From: a virus
Virus record (IMG/VR): IMGVR_UViG_3300037042_003932
Span: 1-64,000 of that record
Direction: 5' to 3' (one strand)
Length of the DNA: 64,000 nucleotides
In this document: in pieces, positions 9,662-18,683 of the stretch
Layout of the letters: every line of letters begins with the position of its first letter
How positions within the stretch are numbered: the stretch's first letter is position 1
Made by a program: the position numbers and the translations under genes
Notes under the pieces: model-generated
Database searches by the model: none
The model's input: the letters and a program-made list of their open reading frames with translations, nothing else
Told to the model about the DNA's origin: nothing

Positions 9662-10431
9662 CAGTTCCTCCTAGTTGCATTACTTGGCTCAGTCCCAATA
9701 GGAACCGACGCAGCAATATCTTTCACTTCTTGTCTTAGAATATTGTCTTGGTTTACGTCCGGACTAACGCTCATGTCATTTTTGAGCTGGTCCTTACGTG
9801 ACTGTAGGTATGCATCGGGCGATGGCTGTCTTAACTTTTGACCTTGGGACATCCGAGACATCGCAAGCATCAATCGATACTCCATCTCGTTAAAGCGTAC
9901 TTCGAGATTGGCCTTTTGGGTTACCTGCGTCTCGATTGAGGTCTCTTTGTTAGTCTGTATCTCTTTCGAGATATCCCTGACTTCAGTCTTCAGAGCCACA
10001 ATGGACTCAGAGGCATCATGGACGGAAGAGGTCAGCGCATAGTATTGCCAGAGCCAACCCGCGACTAACCCCAGACCCCCAATAGCCCCAACGGCAATGG
10101 TGTTCCGAAAGAAGTTGCGCCATTCGGCGATAGCTTGTTTCATGTCTTCGAACTCCTCGCGACGGCTGCAGCCTTTAAGGCTCTCAACCTTCTTTTCGAT
10201 GATTTCGAAGCGTTGTGTGTTTGACTCTTCTTTTTGCTCAAACAGATCAACGCCGACTTTTTTATCGTCTAAGCGTTTGAGGTCTTCTTTAAGCCATGAG
10301 TCTTTTGCGTCTTTATGCACAGGAATAGCATCCGATTCTAGAAACGGAACGCGTCGTTTCCCTTTTGTAGAAACCCCATACGGTGGTACAGGGTCAAACG
10401 AAGGTAACTGCTTGGGAGAACCGTCAGCCAT
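9661..10431 (-). CDS. Single-pass membrane coiled-coil protein (possibly lysis-related)
   Basis: One hydrophobic helix IAVGAIGGLGLVAGWLWQYY flanked by coiled-coil segments. Confidence 0.5.
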   Translation of the reverse strand: MADGSPKQLPSFDPVPPYGVSTKGKRRVPFLESDAIPVHKDAKDSWLKEDLKRLDDKKVGVDLFEQKEESNTQRFEIIEKKVESLKGCSRREEFEDMKQAIAEWRNFFRNTIAVGAIGGLGLVAGWLWQYYALTSSVHDASESIVALKTEVRDISKEIQTNKETSIETQVTQKANLEVRFNEMEYRLMLAMSRMSQGQKLRQPSPDAYLQSRKDQLKNDMSVSPDVNQDNILRQEVKDIAASVPIGTEPSNATRRN

Positions 10432-10444
10432 TTTACCTCGATCT

Positions 10445-10714
10445 TTACGTGGTAATTTCTAAAACGGTAGGACCGTACATTGTTGGTTTTTCAAAGTGAA
10501 CAATATATGTCTGATCCTCGTCCACGAGAATAGGTGTGGTCCACCTTCCTTCAGTATCCGTCGAGGTCACACCGACCCAAGTGTCCACGATGCCCGCGTT
10601 GTAGGGCACCAACTCAAAAATAGTGACCACTACGCCTTCAATGGGATCGCCATTGGCAGCAAGAACCCGGAGGTCGTCATCGTCCGGGTAATTGTGATTT
10701 ACCATTACGCCCAT
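10445..10714 (-). CDS. Small carboxypeptidase-regulatory/Ig-like domain protein
   Basis: NGDPIEGVVVTI..TSTDTEGRW..TYIVHFEK pattern. Confidence 0.5.
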   Translation of the reverse strand: MGVMVNHNYPDDDDLRVLAANGDPIEGVVVTIFELVPYNAGIVDTWVGVTSTDTEGRWTTPILVDEDQTYIVHFEKPTMYGPTVLEITT

Positions 10715-10812
10715 TATGCAGTCCTTCCAGTCATCCGTGGTATAAATGTACCACCAAAATGATAGGGTAGTCCTGCGCTACTTGATAGTTTTGGTTGCGG
10801 GGGTGCTGGGGT

Positions 10813-11205
10813 CTAGCGGCGGTTCCGTGAAAACTTTTTGTGTGAGTCTGTGGTGGGCGTGGGCTCCACTACTTCTGGAGAAGAAGAGGCGTCTGCGACC
10901 GTGGTAGGCATGTCAGGCTCATCGGTTAAGGTCACGTCATCAACCGGGGGAGCGATGGGTTCGACTACGACTACGGGAGCAGGTGCCACAACCTCTTTTG
11001 GTTTCACGGCTTCGGGGACTTCGTCGCTGATAAACAGCACTTTTGTTCCCTTAACCGCCTGCAAAGAAGGCTGGGATGCCATAGACGGGAAGATGTCTTT
11101 CTCTTCACCGGCTTCAAGAGTCAACGGAAGGTCACCAGGTCCACGCACAGCGAGGAACACAAGTTTTCCTTTTGTGATGTTTTTGACCTTGACGAGTTTC
11201 GACAT
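10813..11205 (-). CDS. Hypothetical protein downstream of major capsid gene
   Basis: AAGGAGG RBS supports ATG 11205 (MSKLVKV); P/V/E-rich tail. Confidence 0.65.
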   Translation of the reverse strand: MSKLVKVKNITKGKLVFLAVRGPGDLPLTLEAGEEKDIFPSMASQPSLQAVKGTKVLFISDEVPEAVKPKEVVAPAPVVVVEPIAPPVDDVTLTDEPDMPTTVADASSSPEVVEPTPTTDSHKKFSRNRR

Positions 11206-11226
11206 AGCAGCCTCCTTAGATAGGGT

Positions 11227-11280
11227 GTGACCCCAGCCAGCTAGGGGGAGCAAAGACGCAAACTACCTAGCTGGGGTCAC
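11227..11280. other. Stem-loop immediately downstream of the major capsid gene
   Basis: GTGACCCCAGC (11227-11237) / GCTGGGGTCAC (11270-11280), perfect 11-bp inverted repeat. Confidence 0.6.
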
Positions 11281-11293
11281 AGGAACGCTGTCA

Positions 11294-12214
11294 TCACGGG
11301 AAGATGATCTGTTGCATGGATAGAGAGTTACCCACGCCGATTCCGAGCGCCTCGTACGTCCAGAACATGATCGTGTCTGCCTTCTGCTCGATGTACAGAG
11401 TCGCATCTTGCAGGAGGTAGAAGTTTCCGAGGAAGTTGTTCGGAGCCTGCGGTGCGAAGATGAACGCGTGATTGATCGAGTAGACCTGGGGCTTGACCGT
11501 GGTCACCGTGGGGATGCCCCACAGCTTCTGGGAGGACTCGATGCCCTCGTCGAAGTGCCGCTTCGCGATGTCGTGACCTACGGAGGTCGCCGGGAGATCC
11601 AACGCGTCGAGGTACCGGGCCTTCGCCATGAGCATCTTGCCGACAGGGCGACGACGCTCGAGCATGGCACGCATGGCCAGCTTGAAGGTGCCGCTCTGGA
11701 ACGCGCCGTTCGTCTGCTGGACCGAGGGGTTCGCCGTGGTGATGGCGAGGATGGTCTCGTAGAACTTGCGGTCCTCTTCGTCAGCCATGTCCTTCACGGA
11801 GTTGTCCGACAGGATCTGCCGGATGTCGCTCGTGTAGGTCATGAGCTCGAACTTCGACTTTGTGAACCGCTGGCTCTCGATCTTGCCGAACTTCACGGCG
11901 TAGCGCTTGCCACGGAACCAGGTGCGCTGTCCGGTGCCCTGGAAGTTGACGAAGGTAGCAACCGAATCGGGCTCCTTGTCGATGATCTTGATCGGCTGGT
12001 CGCTGTCGAGCGTGCGGTCGATTTGGTCCTCAGTGATGCCCTGGGGAACAATGATCTCACGGACGGCTGCTTCTTGACGGAGCTTCTCACGAATGAAAGC
12101 ACCGCCCTCGGCCTGAGCTTCCTTGACCTGGCCGCTTTCGATTTTGCGGATGAAATTGCTGTTGAGGAACTGCGCCGTGATGTGCGGGTTCTCAACCGGG
12201 TAACTGGTGCTCAT
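11294..12214 (-). CDS. Major capsid protein
   Basis: 306 aa; strongest G/C third-position bias in the region, suggesting high expression; follows decoration and protease genes; HK97-like size and layout. Confidence 0.7.
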   Translation of the reverse strand: MSTSYPVENPHITAQFLNSNFIRKIESGQVKEAQAEGGAFIREKLRQEAAVREIIVPQGITEDQIDRTLDSDQPIKIIDKEPDSVATFVNFQGTGQRTWFRGKRYAVKFGKIESQRFTKSKFELMTYTSDIRQILSDNSVKDMADEEDRKFYETILAITTANPSVQQTNGAFQSGTFKLAMRAMLERRRPVGKMLMAKARYLDALDLPATSVGHDIAKRHFDEGIESSQKLWGIPTVTTVKPQVYSINHAFIFAPQAPNNFLGNFYLLQDATLYIEQKADTIMFWTYEALGIGVGNSLSMQQIIFP

Positions 12215-12256
12215 TGTATTTCCTTTTTCCTTTTGAAAAGTTTTAGTTACCCGCTA

Positions 12257-12766
12257 TTACGGGTGGCCCATCGAAATGCCCTGCGGGATGATGACATCCA
12301 GCACAGCGTTGGTGCTATCGAGCCCGTTGGGGCCGACGACTCCGTAGCAGGACTCACCGGTAGTCGCAGCGCGGAAGGAGCCACCCGTGGTGTTGTCACA
12401 CGTCAGGATGTCACCGATGGTGTACGACGTAGAGACGTAGTACGGAGCTTTGACGCGAACGCCACCCTGAATGAACGTGCACCGGCCAGTGAAGCTACCG
12501 TCGTAGTCAGCATTGCCGTCCACAGCGATGAACATCAGGCAAGGAGCGTTCGTAAGGGAGTCATCGTTATCCGCGACGATGGCCTTTCCGCTGTGAGCGG
12601 CGTCCATAATGCAGACCATGCCTGCGTAAATGGAACCAGCACGCGGCGTACCTTCGGAATCGGGACCCAGGGCACCATAGACCTCGAGGGTCAAGCCCAG
12701 CGAAGCCAGCGCAGCCGGGTGCGGGTCGCACGTAACGATGTCAAACTTCGAGGAGAGAAGAGTCAT
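12257..12766 (-). CDS. Capsid decoration/cement protein
   Basis: 169 aa directly upstream of the capsid gene; YTIGDILT..G.VVGP beta-tulip-like pattern. Confidence 0.55.
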   Translation of the reverse strand: MTLLSSKFDIVTCDPHPAALASLGLTLEVYGALGPDSEGTPRAGSIYAGMVCIMDAAHSGKAIVADNDDSLTNAPCLMFIAVDGNADYDGSFTGRCTFIQGGVRVKAPYYVSTSYTIGDILTCDNTTGGSFRAATTGESCYGVVGPNGLDSTNAVLDVIIPQGISMGHP

Positions 12767-12801
12767 CTTGTTTTTCCTTTCAAGCTACCTGCCGCTATGG
12801 G

Positions 12802-13140
12802 TCAGGACATTAGCCAGTTGGTAAAGCTCTCGGCAGCGGGGCTTCCACTGCTGTTGCTTGCGGTCTTAACACGAGCTGTGTTGTCCGGACCGCCGAGGCT
12901 GTCGGACAAAGCAGAGCCCGCAATTTTCTCGAGCAAGCTGGCGACTTCAGGACCAGCCGAAGCAAGCTTTTGAAGAACAGAAGCGTCAATGTTCTCACCT
13001 AAGAAAGACGACAATTTCTCGTTGAGACGAGAAGCCTCTTTCTCACGAGCCTCCTTGACGGTGTTCTCTCGCTCGCGGCTGACCTCGTCGAAGTACGACG
13101 CGGCTTTCTCGAGAACATCTGCGATGAGGTTCTTATCCAT
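12802..13140 (-). CDS. K-x-A-rich head/scaffold-associated protein
   Basis: Start ATG 13140 (MDKNL) with AAGGAAAG RBS; KAA, KEA, KLA, KIA, KTA motifs. Confidence 0.6.
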   Translation of the reverse strand: MDKNLIADVLEKAASYFDEVSRERENTVKEAREKEASRLNEKLSSFLGENIDASVLQKLASAGPEVASLLEKIAGSALSDSLGGPDNTARVKTASNSSGSPAAESFTNWLMS

Positions 13141-13150
13141 GTGCTTTCCT

Positions 13151-13324
13151 TTACCTTCCAGTCGTCTCACTGGAAAGTATACGCTTCAGTTCAGCTAGTC
13201 CGCGTGCTGCCACTAAAATTTTTGCGATTTTTTCTGTCTTCGCTTTTTGGGTGGCTTCGTCCTGGTTGCGGATACTCGCTGCAACTTTTCGGAGCTCATC
13301 AGCAAACTTTGTTGGATCTTGCAC
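13151..13324 (-). CDS. Small K-x-A protein (57 aa, absent from ORF track)
   Basis: GGAGGTG RBS, GTG start; MQDPTKFADELRKVAASIRNQ..; fills the gap exactly. Confidence 0.7.
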   Translation of the reverse strand: MQDPTKFADELRKVAASIRNQDEATQKAKTEKIAKILVAARGLAELKRILSSETTGR

Positions 13325-13327
13325 GAC

Positions 13328-13552
13328 TCACCTCCCAAACCGGCTTGTGAAATCAAGCACGTCGTTGAGAGTTACCCGGGATGAATCCTCATTGCGAATA
13401 TCCGCAGCAAGTTTGCGAAGGAGCTTTCCGACCTCGGTCATCGTGCGTTCTTCCGCCGCAACTTTCTCAGTGACCGATTGTGCTAGATCAGCGACAACCT
13501 GTCTCTGGATGTTCTCGACAAGAACGTCAACGTTTGGAAGACTCTGTCGCAT
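13328..13552 (-). CDS. Small K-x-A protein
   Basis: 74 aa; EKVAA, RKLAA; LRKLAADIRN matches LRKVAASIRN of neighbour. Confidence 0.65.
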   Translation of the reverse strand: MRQSLPNVDVLVENIQRQVVADLAQSVTEKVAAEERTMTEVGKLLRKLAADIRNEDSSRVTLNDVLDFTSRFGR

Positions 13553-13691
13553 CTTTTTTGTCCTTCTTCATCGATTCTTCGCTGCAACAAGGGCCTTCTT
13601 CCTTCTTTACGCCGTAAGCGCTACTCAAGGAATCAGCCGCTTGCTTGAACAGCATTGCGTATTCAGTCCTGACGTTAGAGTTGAAGAACAT
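13527..13691 (-). CDS. Small K-x-A protein (54 aa, absent from ORF track)
   Basis: AAGGAGGTG RBS then ATG 13691; MFFNSNVRTEYAMLFKQAADSL..SSKR. Confidence 0.6.
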   Translation of the reverse strand: MFFNSNVRTEYAMLFKQAADSLSSAYGVKKEEGPCCSEESMKKDKKDATESSKR

Positions 13692-13710
13692 TGTCACACC
13701 TCCTTCAACG

Positions 13711-14295
13711 TTAACGGCTCATCTGGGACAGAATGACATCGACTTCCTGCGCACCCTTGTAGAACTCTTGGGCAGCTTTCTCACGCACGTCTTCCAGCGC
13801 AGCATTCTGCCCGGCGTTGTATTGCTCGGCAGCGACCTTCTCCATAGCCTGGGCGTAACCGGCTTCCATCGCGACTTTTGTCATAGTGTCGTTGTAGCCT
13901 TTCTCGGCTGCTTGCTGAAGCATGGATTGCTCTTCTGCCGCGAGCTTCTCCTGCGAGGGGACTTCCGGCTGCACCGATGCGATCTTGGACGTCTGGCGAG
14001 CCCAAGTCTCAGCAGCCGCGTCGGCGAAAGCAGCTCCCATCTGGCGCATGTGAATGACCTCGGCGGTCTTCTCGTCTTCAGCGAGTCTTTGCGCCTCTTT
14101 GATGAGGGCTTCGACTGGGTCAGACGTGTTGGCTGACGCGGTCTTCTCTTGCGCGACAACCTGCTTTAGCGAAGTGATTAGGGCCTCTTGCGCTGCTGCG
14201 GTAGCGGTTTTCGTGGACGCTTGCGAGGTAGTATCGCTGGCGGTCTTCTCGGTGGATGTCCCGCTAATCTGACTCATCAGTGTCTCGTAGTTCAT
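13711..14295 (-). CDS. Putative scaffold/inner-head protein
   Basis: Ala/Glu/Gln-rich helical protein; 11 of its 13 Lys lie in K-x-A; start ATG 14295 with GAGG RBS. Confidence 0.65.
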   Translation of the reverse strand: MNYETLMSQISGTSTEKTASDTTSQASTKTATAAAQEALITSLKQVVAQEKTASANTSDPVEALIKEAQRLAEDEKTAEVIHMRQMGAAFADAAAETWARQTSKIASVQPEVPSQEKLAAEEQSMLQQAAEKGYNDTMTKVAMEAGYAQAMEKVAAEQYNAGQNAALEDVREKAAQEFYKGAQEVDVILSQMSR

Positions 14296-14360
14296 GATTT
14301 CCTCACATTGGTTAGGTGCCAACCCGAATACTAGGGCGGCGACTGGTTCCTATCAAGGGA

Positions 14361-16412
14361 TTAACCCTCGACGATTAGTTCACCGATACGTTCAGCAATT
14401 TTCTCGATGTCCAGCTTTGGTAACAACACCGTGTCTGTTGGTTGGGGTAAGAGATCAGCCAAAATAGAAGACAATTTTGGAGTGCCAGAAGCCATCCGAT
14501 TCAACCATTTGGTCGCAGCGTCAGTTCCTTGAGCTATGTACTTGGCACCTGGTTCAAAGATTTGTTTGTTTGCTGCTCTACCTGCCAAGCTGCCACCCAA
14601 AGCATTAAGCCCCGTAACCCCAATGGCAGTACTCGCCAATGGATGCTCTTGAGTGAAAGCACCGGCTTGGTCAAGAAGACGCCTACCTAATGGAAGACCA
14701 GGATGCCCTACAGGTTCTCCTCGGGCTAACCGTGACTTGTAGTCACTGCTGAGAAGAGTCATCAGCCCCAAAGTTCCAAACAGAGGAAGAGCCAAAGAAG
14801 ACATCTTTGACATCTCAGTTACCGTGGAGATTGGAACTCCTTGGTCAGTCATGTAGTGAGTACCCATATCCGGGAGATGCGTCGCACCAGCAGTAGCGAG
14901 TGTTCCTCCGACCAAAGGCTTTAACGCACCTAGACCACGGCGACTCAAACCAGAACCCAAAACCTTGTACGTGCCACCCAACAACGCAGCGCCGCCGACT
15001 GTCTTGTACACGTTGCGCTTTGCCACTTCGTCGTGTGACCTAACTGCAGCACCCCGCGTGGTTTGGTACCGAGTACCTGTCGCGGGGTCAGTAACAGTCA
15101 GTGGTGTTGAAAACTCACCTTCGTCTCTGAACTTCTCCGGGATTATGTTTCGTTTGAGGTAGTCGCCCATACCCGAAGTCTTCTCAAGGTAAGGAGAGAG
15201 TGCCTCTAGTATCCGAGGGTCTACAGCATCTCTATGAAAGTTGAGTGCGTCTGACCCCTCAAACGAATCCAGGATTTGCGGGTGCTCTGCGATAAGGTCC
15301 ATAATCGGACCCTGCAATCCCACGGACCTATCGACCCAACTCTTCTCTGGATGATGCTTTGGATATGACTTGAAGAAGATGAGCTTCATGAGCTCTGGGG
15401 TCTTCAGCATCATTCCGCCAGAGAAAGCAGATGACAAAGTCTTCTGCAGTGGGTAGTGCGAAAGGTCATGCAGGGTCTCGTCGGGGATTACTGGAACGTT
15501 TCCGCCCATGTCTAGAACTTGGTTACGCATTCGCTGAATGTTACAAAGTTCTGTGGGGTCTACGTTCTCAGTCTTAGCGTCTAACGGAATCCCTTGAACG
15601 ACCTTGTCGATGACTGCGATCTTGTGAGCGGCAAGCTTACGCTCGTCCATAGCTTCAAGATATTCACCCGCCTTTACGCCGGAAAGGATTTCATACGGCG
15701 TAGCGTTAGCGACTTTTTTCATCATGTATGCCGTTGGGTCCGCAGGTCGGATAACCCAAGAGATGTCAAAGAACTTGGGGCTAGGGTTGAGTGCTGCTAC
15801 CTTAACACCATTGATTACGTCCCGCATTTGGAAGCGGAGGTGGTCACAGTACTGAGCTCTAGTAGGCGCTCTGTTTCCACAAATCGTGCAAACGTCCCAA
15901 GCTACCTTGGTCCCCATACTGACCGGGGGGAACTCACCGTTCTTGATTCTCTCAGCGAGGTCAGGGGCCTTCGCGTTGTCGAGATCAATCAGGAGCTCGA
16001 CTCGGTGCATCGTGTCGTTCCAGAATGACTTGACGACTTTTCCGACTCGCTTCTCTGGGTCTTTGTTGACGTGATGTCTGTAGTTGTTTCCGTACAGCTC
16101 AAACGTATGATGCCAATTCGATAACGTTTCGGCTTGGCTGATCCACGGAGGACTCGCCATTGGCTTATATGGGGCATTGGGGAATCCATCTCCGTTACGG
16201 TTCTCAGCGTAATGCTCCCAGTCGCTCACAGCCAAAACATAAACAAAGCTGTGACCTGGAATAGGCTGGATCGTCTTGAAGTACTCGCTCCCTACACTGG
16301 CGTGCTTCGTGATGTTTTCGTAGCAAGCCCTGTTATTGGCCCACAGCATCACCGGCTGAACCGTAGCTTCTCCAGTAGGAAAGTACTCGTCGAGATGGAT
16401 TATTTTTTCCAT
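14361..16412 (-). CDS. Prohead maturation protease-like protein with long C-terminal extension
   Basis: NRNGDGF, YRHH, VELL, PVSMG..CTICGN..CDHL, FFDISWV..PAD motifs of HK97/herpes-fold phage proteases; start ATG 16412. Confidence 0.65.
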   Translation of the reverse strand: MEKIIHLDEYFPTGEATVQPVMLWANNRACYENITKHASVGSEYFKTIQPIPGHSFVYVLAVSDWEHYAENRNGDGFPNAPYKPMASPPWISQAETLSNWHHTFELYGNNYRHHVNKDPEKRVGKVVKSFWNDTMHRVELLIDLDNAKAPDLAERIKNGEFPPVSMGTKVAWDVCTICGNRAPTRAQYCDHLRFQMRDVINGVKVAALNPSPKFFDISWVIRPADPTAYMMKKVANATPYEILSGVKAGEYLEAMDERKLAAHKIAVIDKVVQGIPLDAKTENVDPTELCNIQRMRNQVLDMGGNVPVIPDETLHDLSHYPLQKTLSSAFSGGMMLKTPELMKLIFFKSYPKHHPEKSWVDRSVGLQGPIMDLIAEHPQILDSFEGSDALNFHRDAVDPRILEALSPYLEKTSGMGDYLKRNIIPEKFRDEGEFSTPLTVTDPATGTRYQTTRGAAVRSHDEVAKRNVYKTVGGAALLGGTYKVLGSGLSRRGLGALKPLVGGTLATAGATHLPDMGTHYMTDQGVPISTVTEMSKMSSLALPLFGTLGLMTLLSSDYKSRLARGEPVGHPGLPLGRRLLDQAGAFTQEHPLASTAIGVTGLNALGGSLAGRAANKQIFEPGAKYIAQGTDAATKWLNRMASGTPKLSSILADLLPQPTDTVLLPKLDIEKIAERIGELIVEG

Positions 16413-16419
16413 TAAGTCC

Positions 16420-16830
16420 TCAGAGAACCCCGCGAAGGATCTCCATAAAAACTTCACGCCCGTAGGTACGCATCGACGCCAGCTTGAGACGGGCAGTATC
16501 CGACACGGTGTCGTTGTGCAGCGCTTGAGTGAGCGCGTCATCCACAGTCAAAGCTGTAGCGATTTTGAGCTGCTCGACGTTACTCAGAGGCTCTTGGCGT
16601 TTGAACGCAGCCATCTTCGTAACGAACGAAGCAACCCCAACAGCCCCCGTATGCCCATGAATGCGAGCTTCCGTACGGATAGCATCCGTAACAACGTGAG
16701 CGATTTTGGGGTTCTCGTATTCTACCGCGATGCACTGCTCTTCCGAGGCTGTCTTGACCGCAACCTCTTCATAGAGGCCATGGCTCTTAGCCGCGTTCGA
16801 GATCTCGTGCGTAAAGATTTCAAGGTTCAT
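16420..16830 (-). CDS. K-x-A-rich head-associated protein
   Basis: KTA, KIA, KMA, KIA, KLA in 136 aa. Confidence 0.6.
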   Translation of the reverse strand: MNLEIFTHEISNAAKSHGLYEEVAVKTASEEQCIAVEYENPKIAHVVTDAIRTEARIHGHTGAVGVASFVTKMAAFKRQEPLSNVEQLKIATALTVDDALTQALHNDTVSDTARLKLASMRTYGREVFMEILRGVL

Positions 16831-16831
16831 A

Positions 16832-17047
16832 TTAACCTCGCAGCATCTTGAGGGCCGTTAAGCCGTCCATGATCACAGAGTGACGCATACGCCTGGCTGC
16901 AATCTTCTCGCCCATGTAGCGAGAGACGGAAGCGAAGCTGAAATCCGTCAGACCAGTGCGCTCTTCCGCGAGCTTGTGCACTTGGTGGTTTAGGTACGCC
17001 AGCTTCACGTTCTCGGGGACAACAGCATCGAGTTCTTCATACGTCAT
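16832..17047 (-). CDS. Small K-x-A protein
   Basis: GAGGTG RBS before ATG 17047; KLA, KLA, KIA. Confidence 0.6.
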   Translation of the reverse strand: MTYEELDAVVPENVKLAYLNHQVHKLAEERTGLTDFSFASVSRYMGEKIAARRMRHSVIMDGLTALKMLRG

Positions 17048-17058
17048 GATATCACCTC

Positions 17059-17715
17059 TTAAAACCACGGGCGCGTGGCGTTACGTGCTTCCATGAAAGC
17101 CTTCTCAGCTTCAGCGAGGTGCTTCATGGTCATGTAGTTAATCGTACCTCCGGTTTGAGAAGCCTCACGCAGGAATGAAAGAACTACATTCGGGTCTTCC
17201 GAAACATGCGGAGCCGTATGGACCATCGTGGTGTACGCCTTCTCGAGGATACCGGGATTCTCCATGTCGAACGTGTGGAGCATGGGGTCGCTCTGCACGA
17301 TACGTTGAACCAGCATCTTCTGCTGTTGATTCAGCGTAGTCGGACCCAAGCGCACCGTGTTACCAACGCCGGTAACGAGAGCTCGGATGATATCGATCCC
17401 AGCTTGACCCACAGCCTTACCCAGACCTTCGCCAACGCCCTTGGTCAAACTACCTGCGAAAGTCGGAACCTCGTAGAGTGCGCTCTTCTCAAAAGCAACC
17501 TTCTTCTCAAGGAAGGCTTTGCGCTCTGCAACAGCATCAAGCTCCGCGTACACGTACTTACCACCAGGGGTACCTGTGTAGTTTTTCATGATTTCTCCCT
17601 CTAGCTCATCGCCGGGTTTAAGTCCTGCAGCAAGAGACGCACCGGTTCCTGCGATCCCCATAGAGGCTATGGGGTGCTTAAACGGCATGTTGACTACTTT
17701 TTTCAGTAAGCCCAT
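17059..17715 (-). CDS. Putative inner-head/ejection protein
   Basis: KKVAFEKSA site followed by GxxxG zipper (GVGEGLGKAVG). Confidence 0.55.
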   Translation of the reverse strand: MGLLKKVVNMPFKHPIASMGIAGTGASLAAGLKPGDELEGEIMKNYTGTPGGKYVYAELDAVAERKAFLEKKVAFEKSALYEVPTFAGSLTKGVGEGLGKAVGQAGIDIIRALVTGVGNTVRLGPTTLNQQQKMLVQRIVQSDPMLHTFDMENPGILEKAYTTMVHTAPHVSEDPNVVLSFLREASQTGGTINYMTMKHLAEAEKAFMEARNATRPWF

Positions 17716-17717
17716 GG

Positions 17718-18674
17718 TTACCGCAGTCCTGCGATTTTCTCGTTCAGCCAGTTGAGAGACGCGGTATATCCCTCTCGTTTGATTCTCGCTGCCGAAGCTT
17801 GCTTAACAAAGACAAGAATCTCGCGTGTTTCCACCTTACTCCCAAGCGAACTGACGCTATGCTCGGACGCGGTCGCCAGCTTCTCGGATACGACATCTCC
17901 AAGAGCTCCTCCGATCAAGACATCGATAGCCTTAACTTCCGGGATGGCCGACACACCAAGGTCTGCAACGACCTCGGTGTAGAATGCATGCTTATCGAAG
18001 TTCGGACGCCCAAAGACAACCCGAACAGACTGGGCTGCTTTCTCAAGAGCGATACCCCATTCGTGCATGAGGCGGCGTGACTCCTCGTCAATGGCTTCTT
18101 GTGCTCGCTTGACGTTGAACCGCGCCATCGCCTTCTTGTCCAAGAGCGCCTTTTCAGACTCTTCTCCCGGCTCGTCTACTTTCTTTCCGAACACGAACGG
18201 AGGCTTGTCCTCGGTGTCTTCTTTATCGTCTTCCTTGTCGTCTTTCTTCTTCTCGTCGTCGTCTTCCTCGTCGTCATCATCTTCTTCGTCGTCTTCTTCC
18301 GACTCGTCTTCGGCTGTCTTAACGGACATCGGACCGTAGTAGTCCATTGCCCTGTCATACGAAGATACAGACGCGAACTTCTGTTGAGCTACGGCTGCTT
18401 GCTTGGTTTCCGCGTAAATATTGCTGATGACCAAATCAGGGTCACCGACCTCGAATTCGATCATACGGTCTTCCGACCCTGCACGCTTTGTGAACAACTC
18501 TTGGAAAGCAACCACGTTAGCAAGCCGAACAAGCGTTTGAATCCCTTCAGGGTTCAGGTTGTTCTCGGTCGCCACTTTCGTAGCGAGGTCATTGATTCGC
18601 ATCTGACCTTCGCTAGCGGCGAAGTCTTTGCCAATTTGAGTCGCTGCATTATCGAATTCAGCTCTTGTCCACAT
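17718..18674 (-). CDS. K-x-A-rich protein with acidic tract
   Basis: About 12 K-x-A motifs; D/E run right after KTA. Confidence 0.6.
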   Translation of the reverse strand: MWTRAEFDNAATQIGKDFAASEGQMRINDLATKVATENNLNPEGIQTLVRLANVVAFQELFTKRAGSEDRMIEFEVGDPDLVISNIYAETKQAAVAQQKFASVSSYDRAMDYYGPMSVKTAEDESEEDDEEDDDDEEDDDEKKKDDKEDDKEDTEDKPPFVFGKKVDEPGEESEKALLDKKAMARFNVKRAQEAIDEESRRLMHEWGIALEKAAQSVRVVFGRPNFDKHAFYTEVVADLGVSAIPEVKAIDVLIGGALGDVVSEKLATASEHSVSSLGSKVETREILVFVKQASAARIKREGYTASLNWLNEKIAGLR

Positions 18675-18683
18675 GCGTGCCTC

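Noticed and set aside
10753-10795. Imperfect intergenic hairpin as ncRNA
   Set aside because: Weak stem with several mismatches; not enough support
11408-12973. 521-aa plus-strand ORF
   Set aside because: Antisense shadow of the capsid and decoration genes caused by codon bias; no RBS or recognisable motifs
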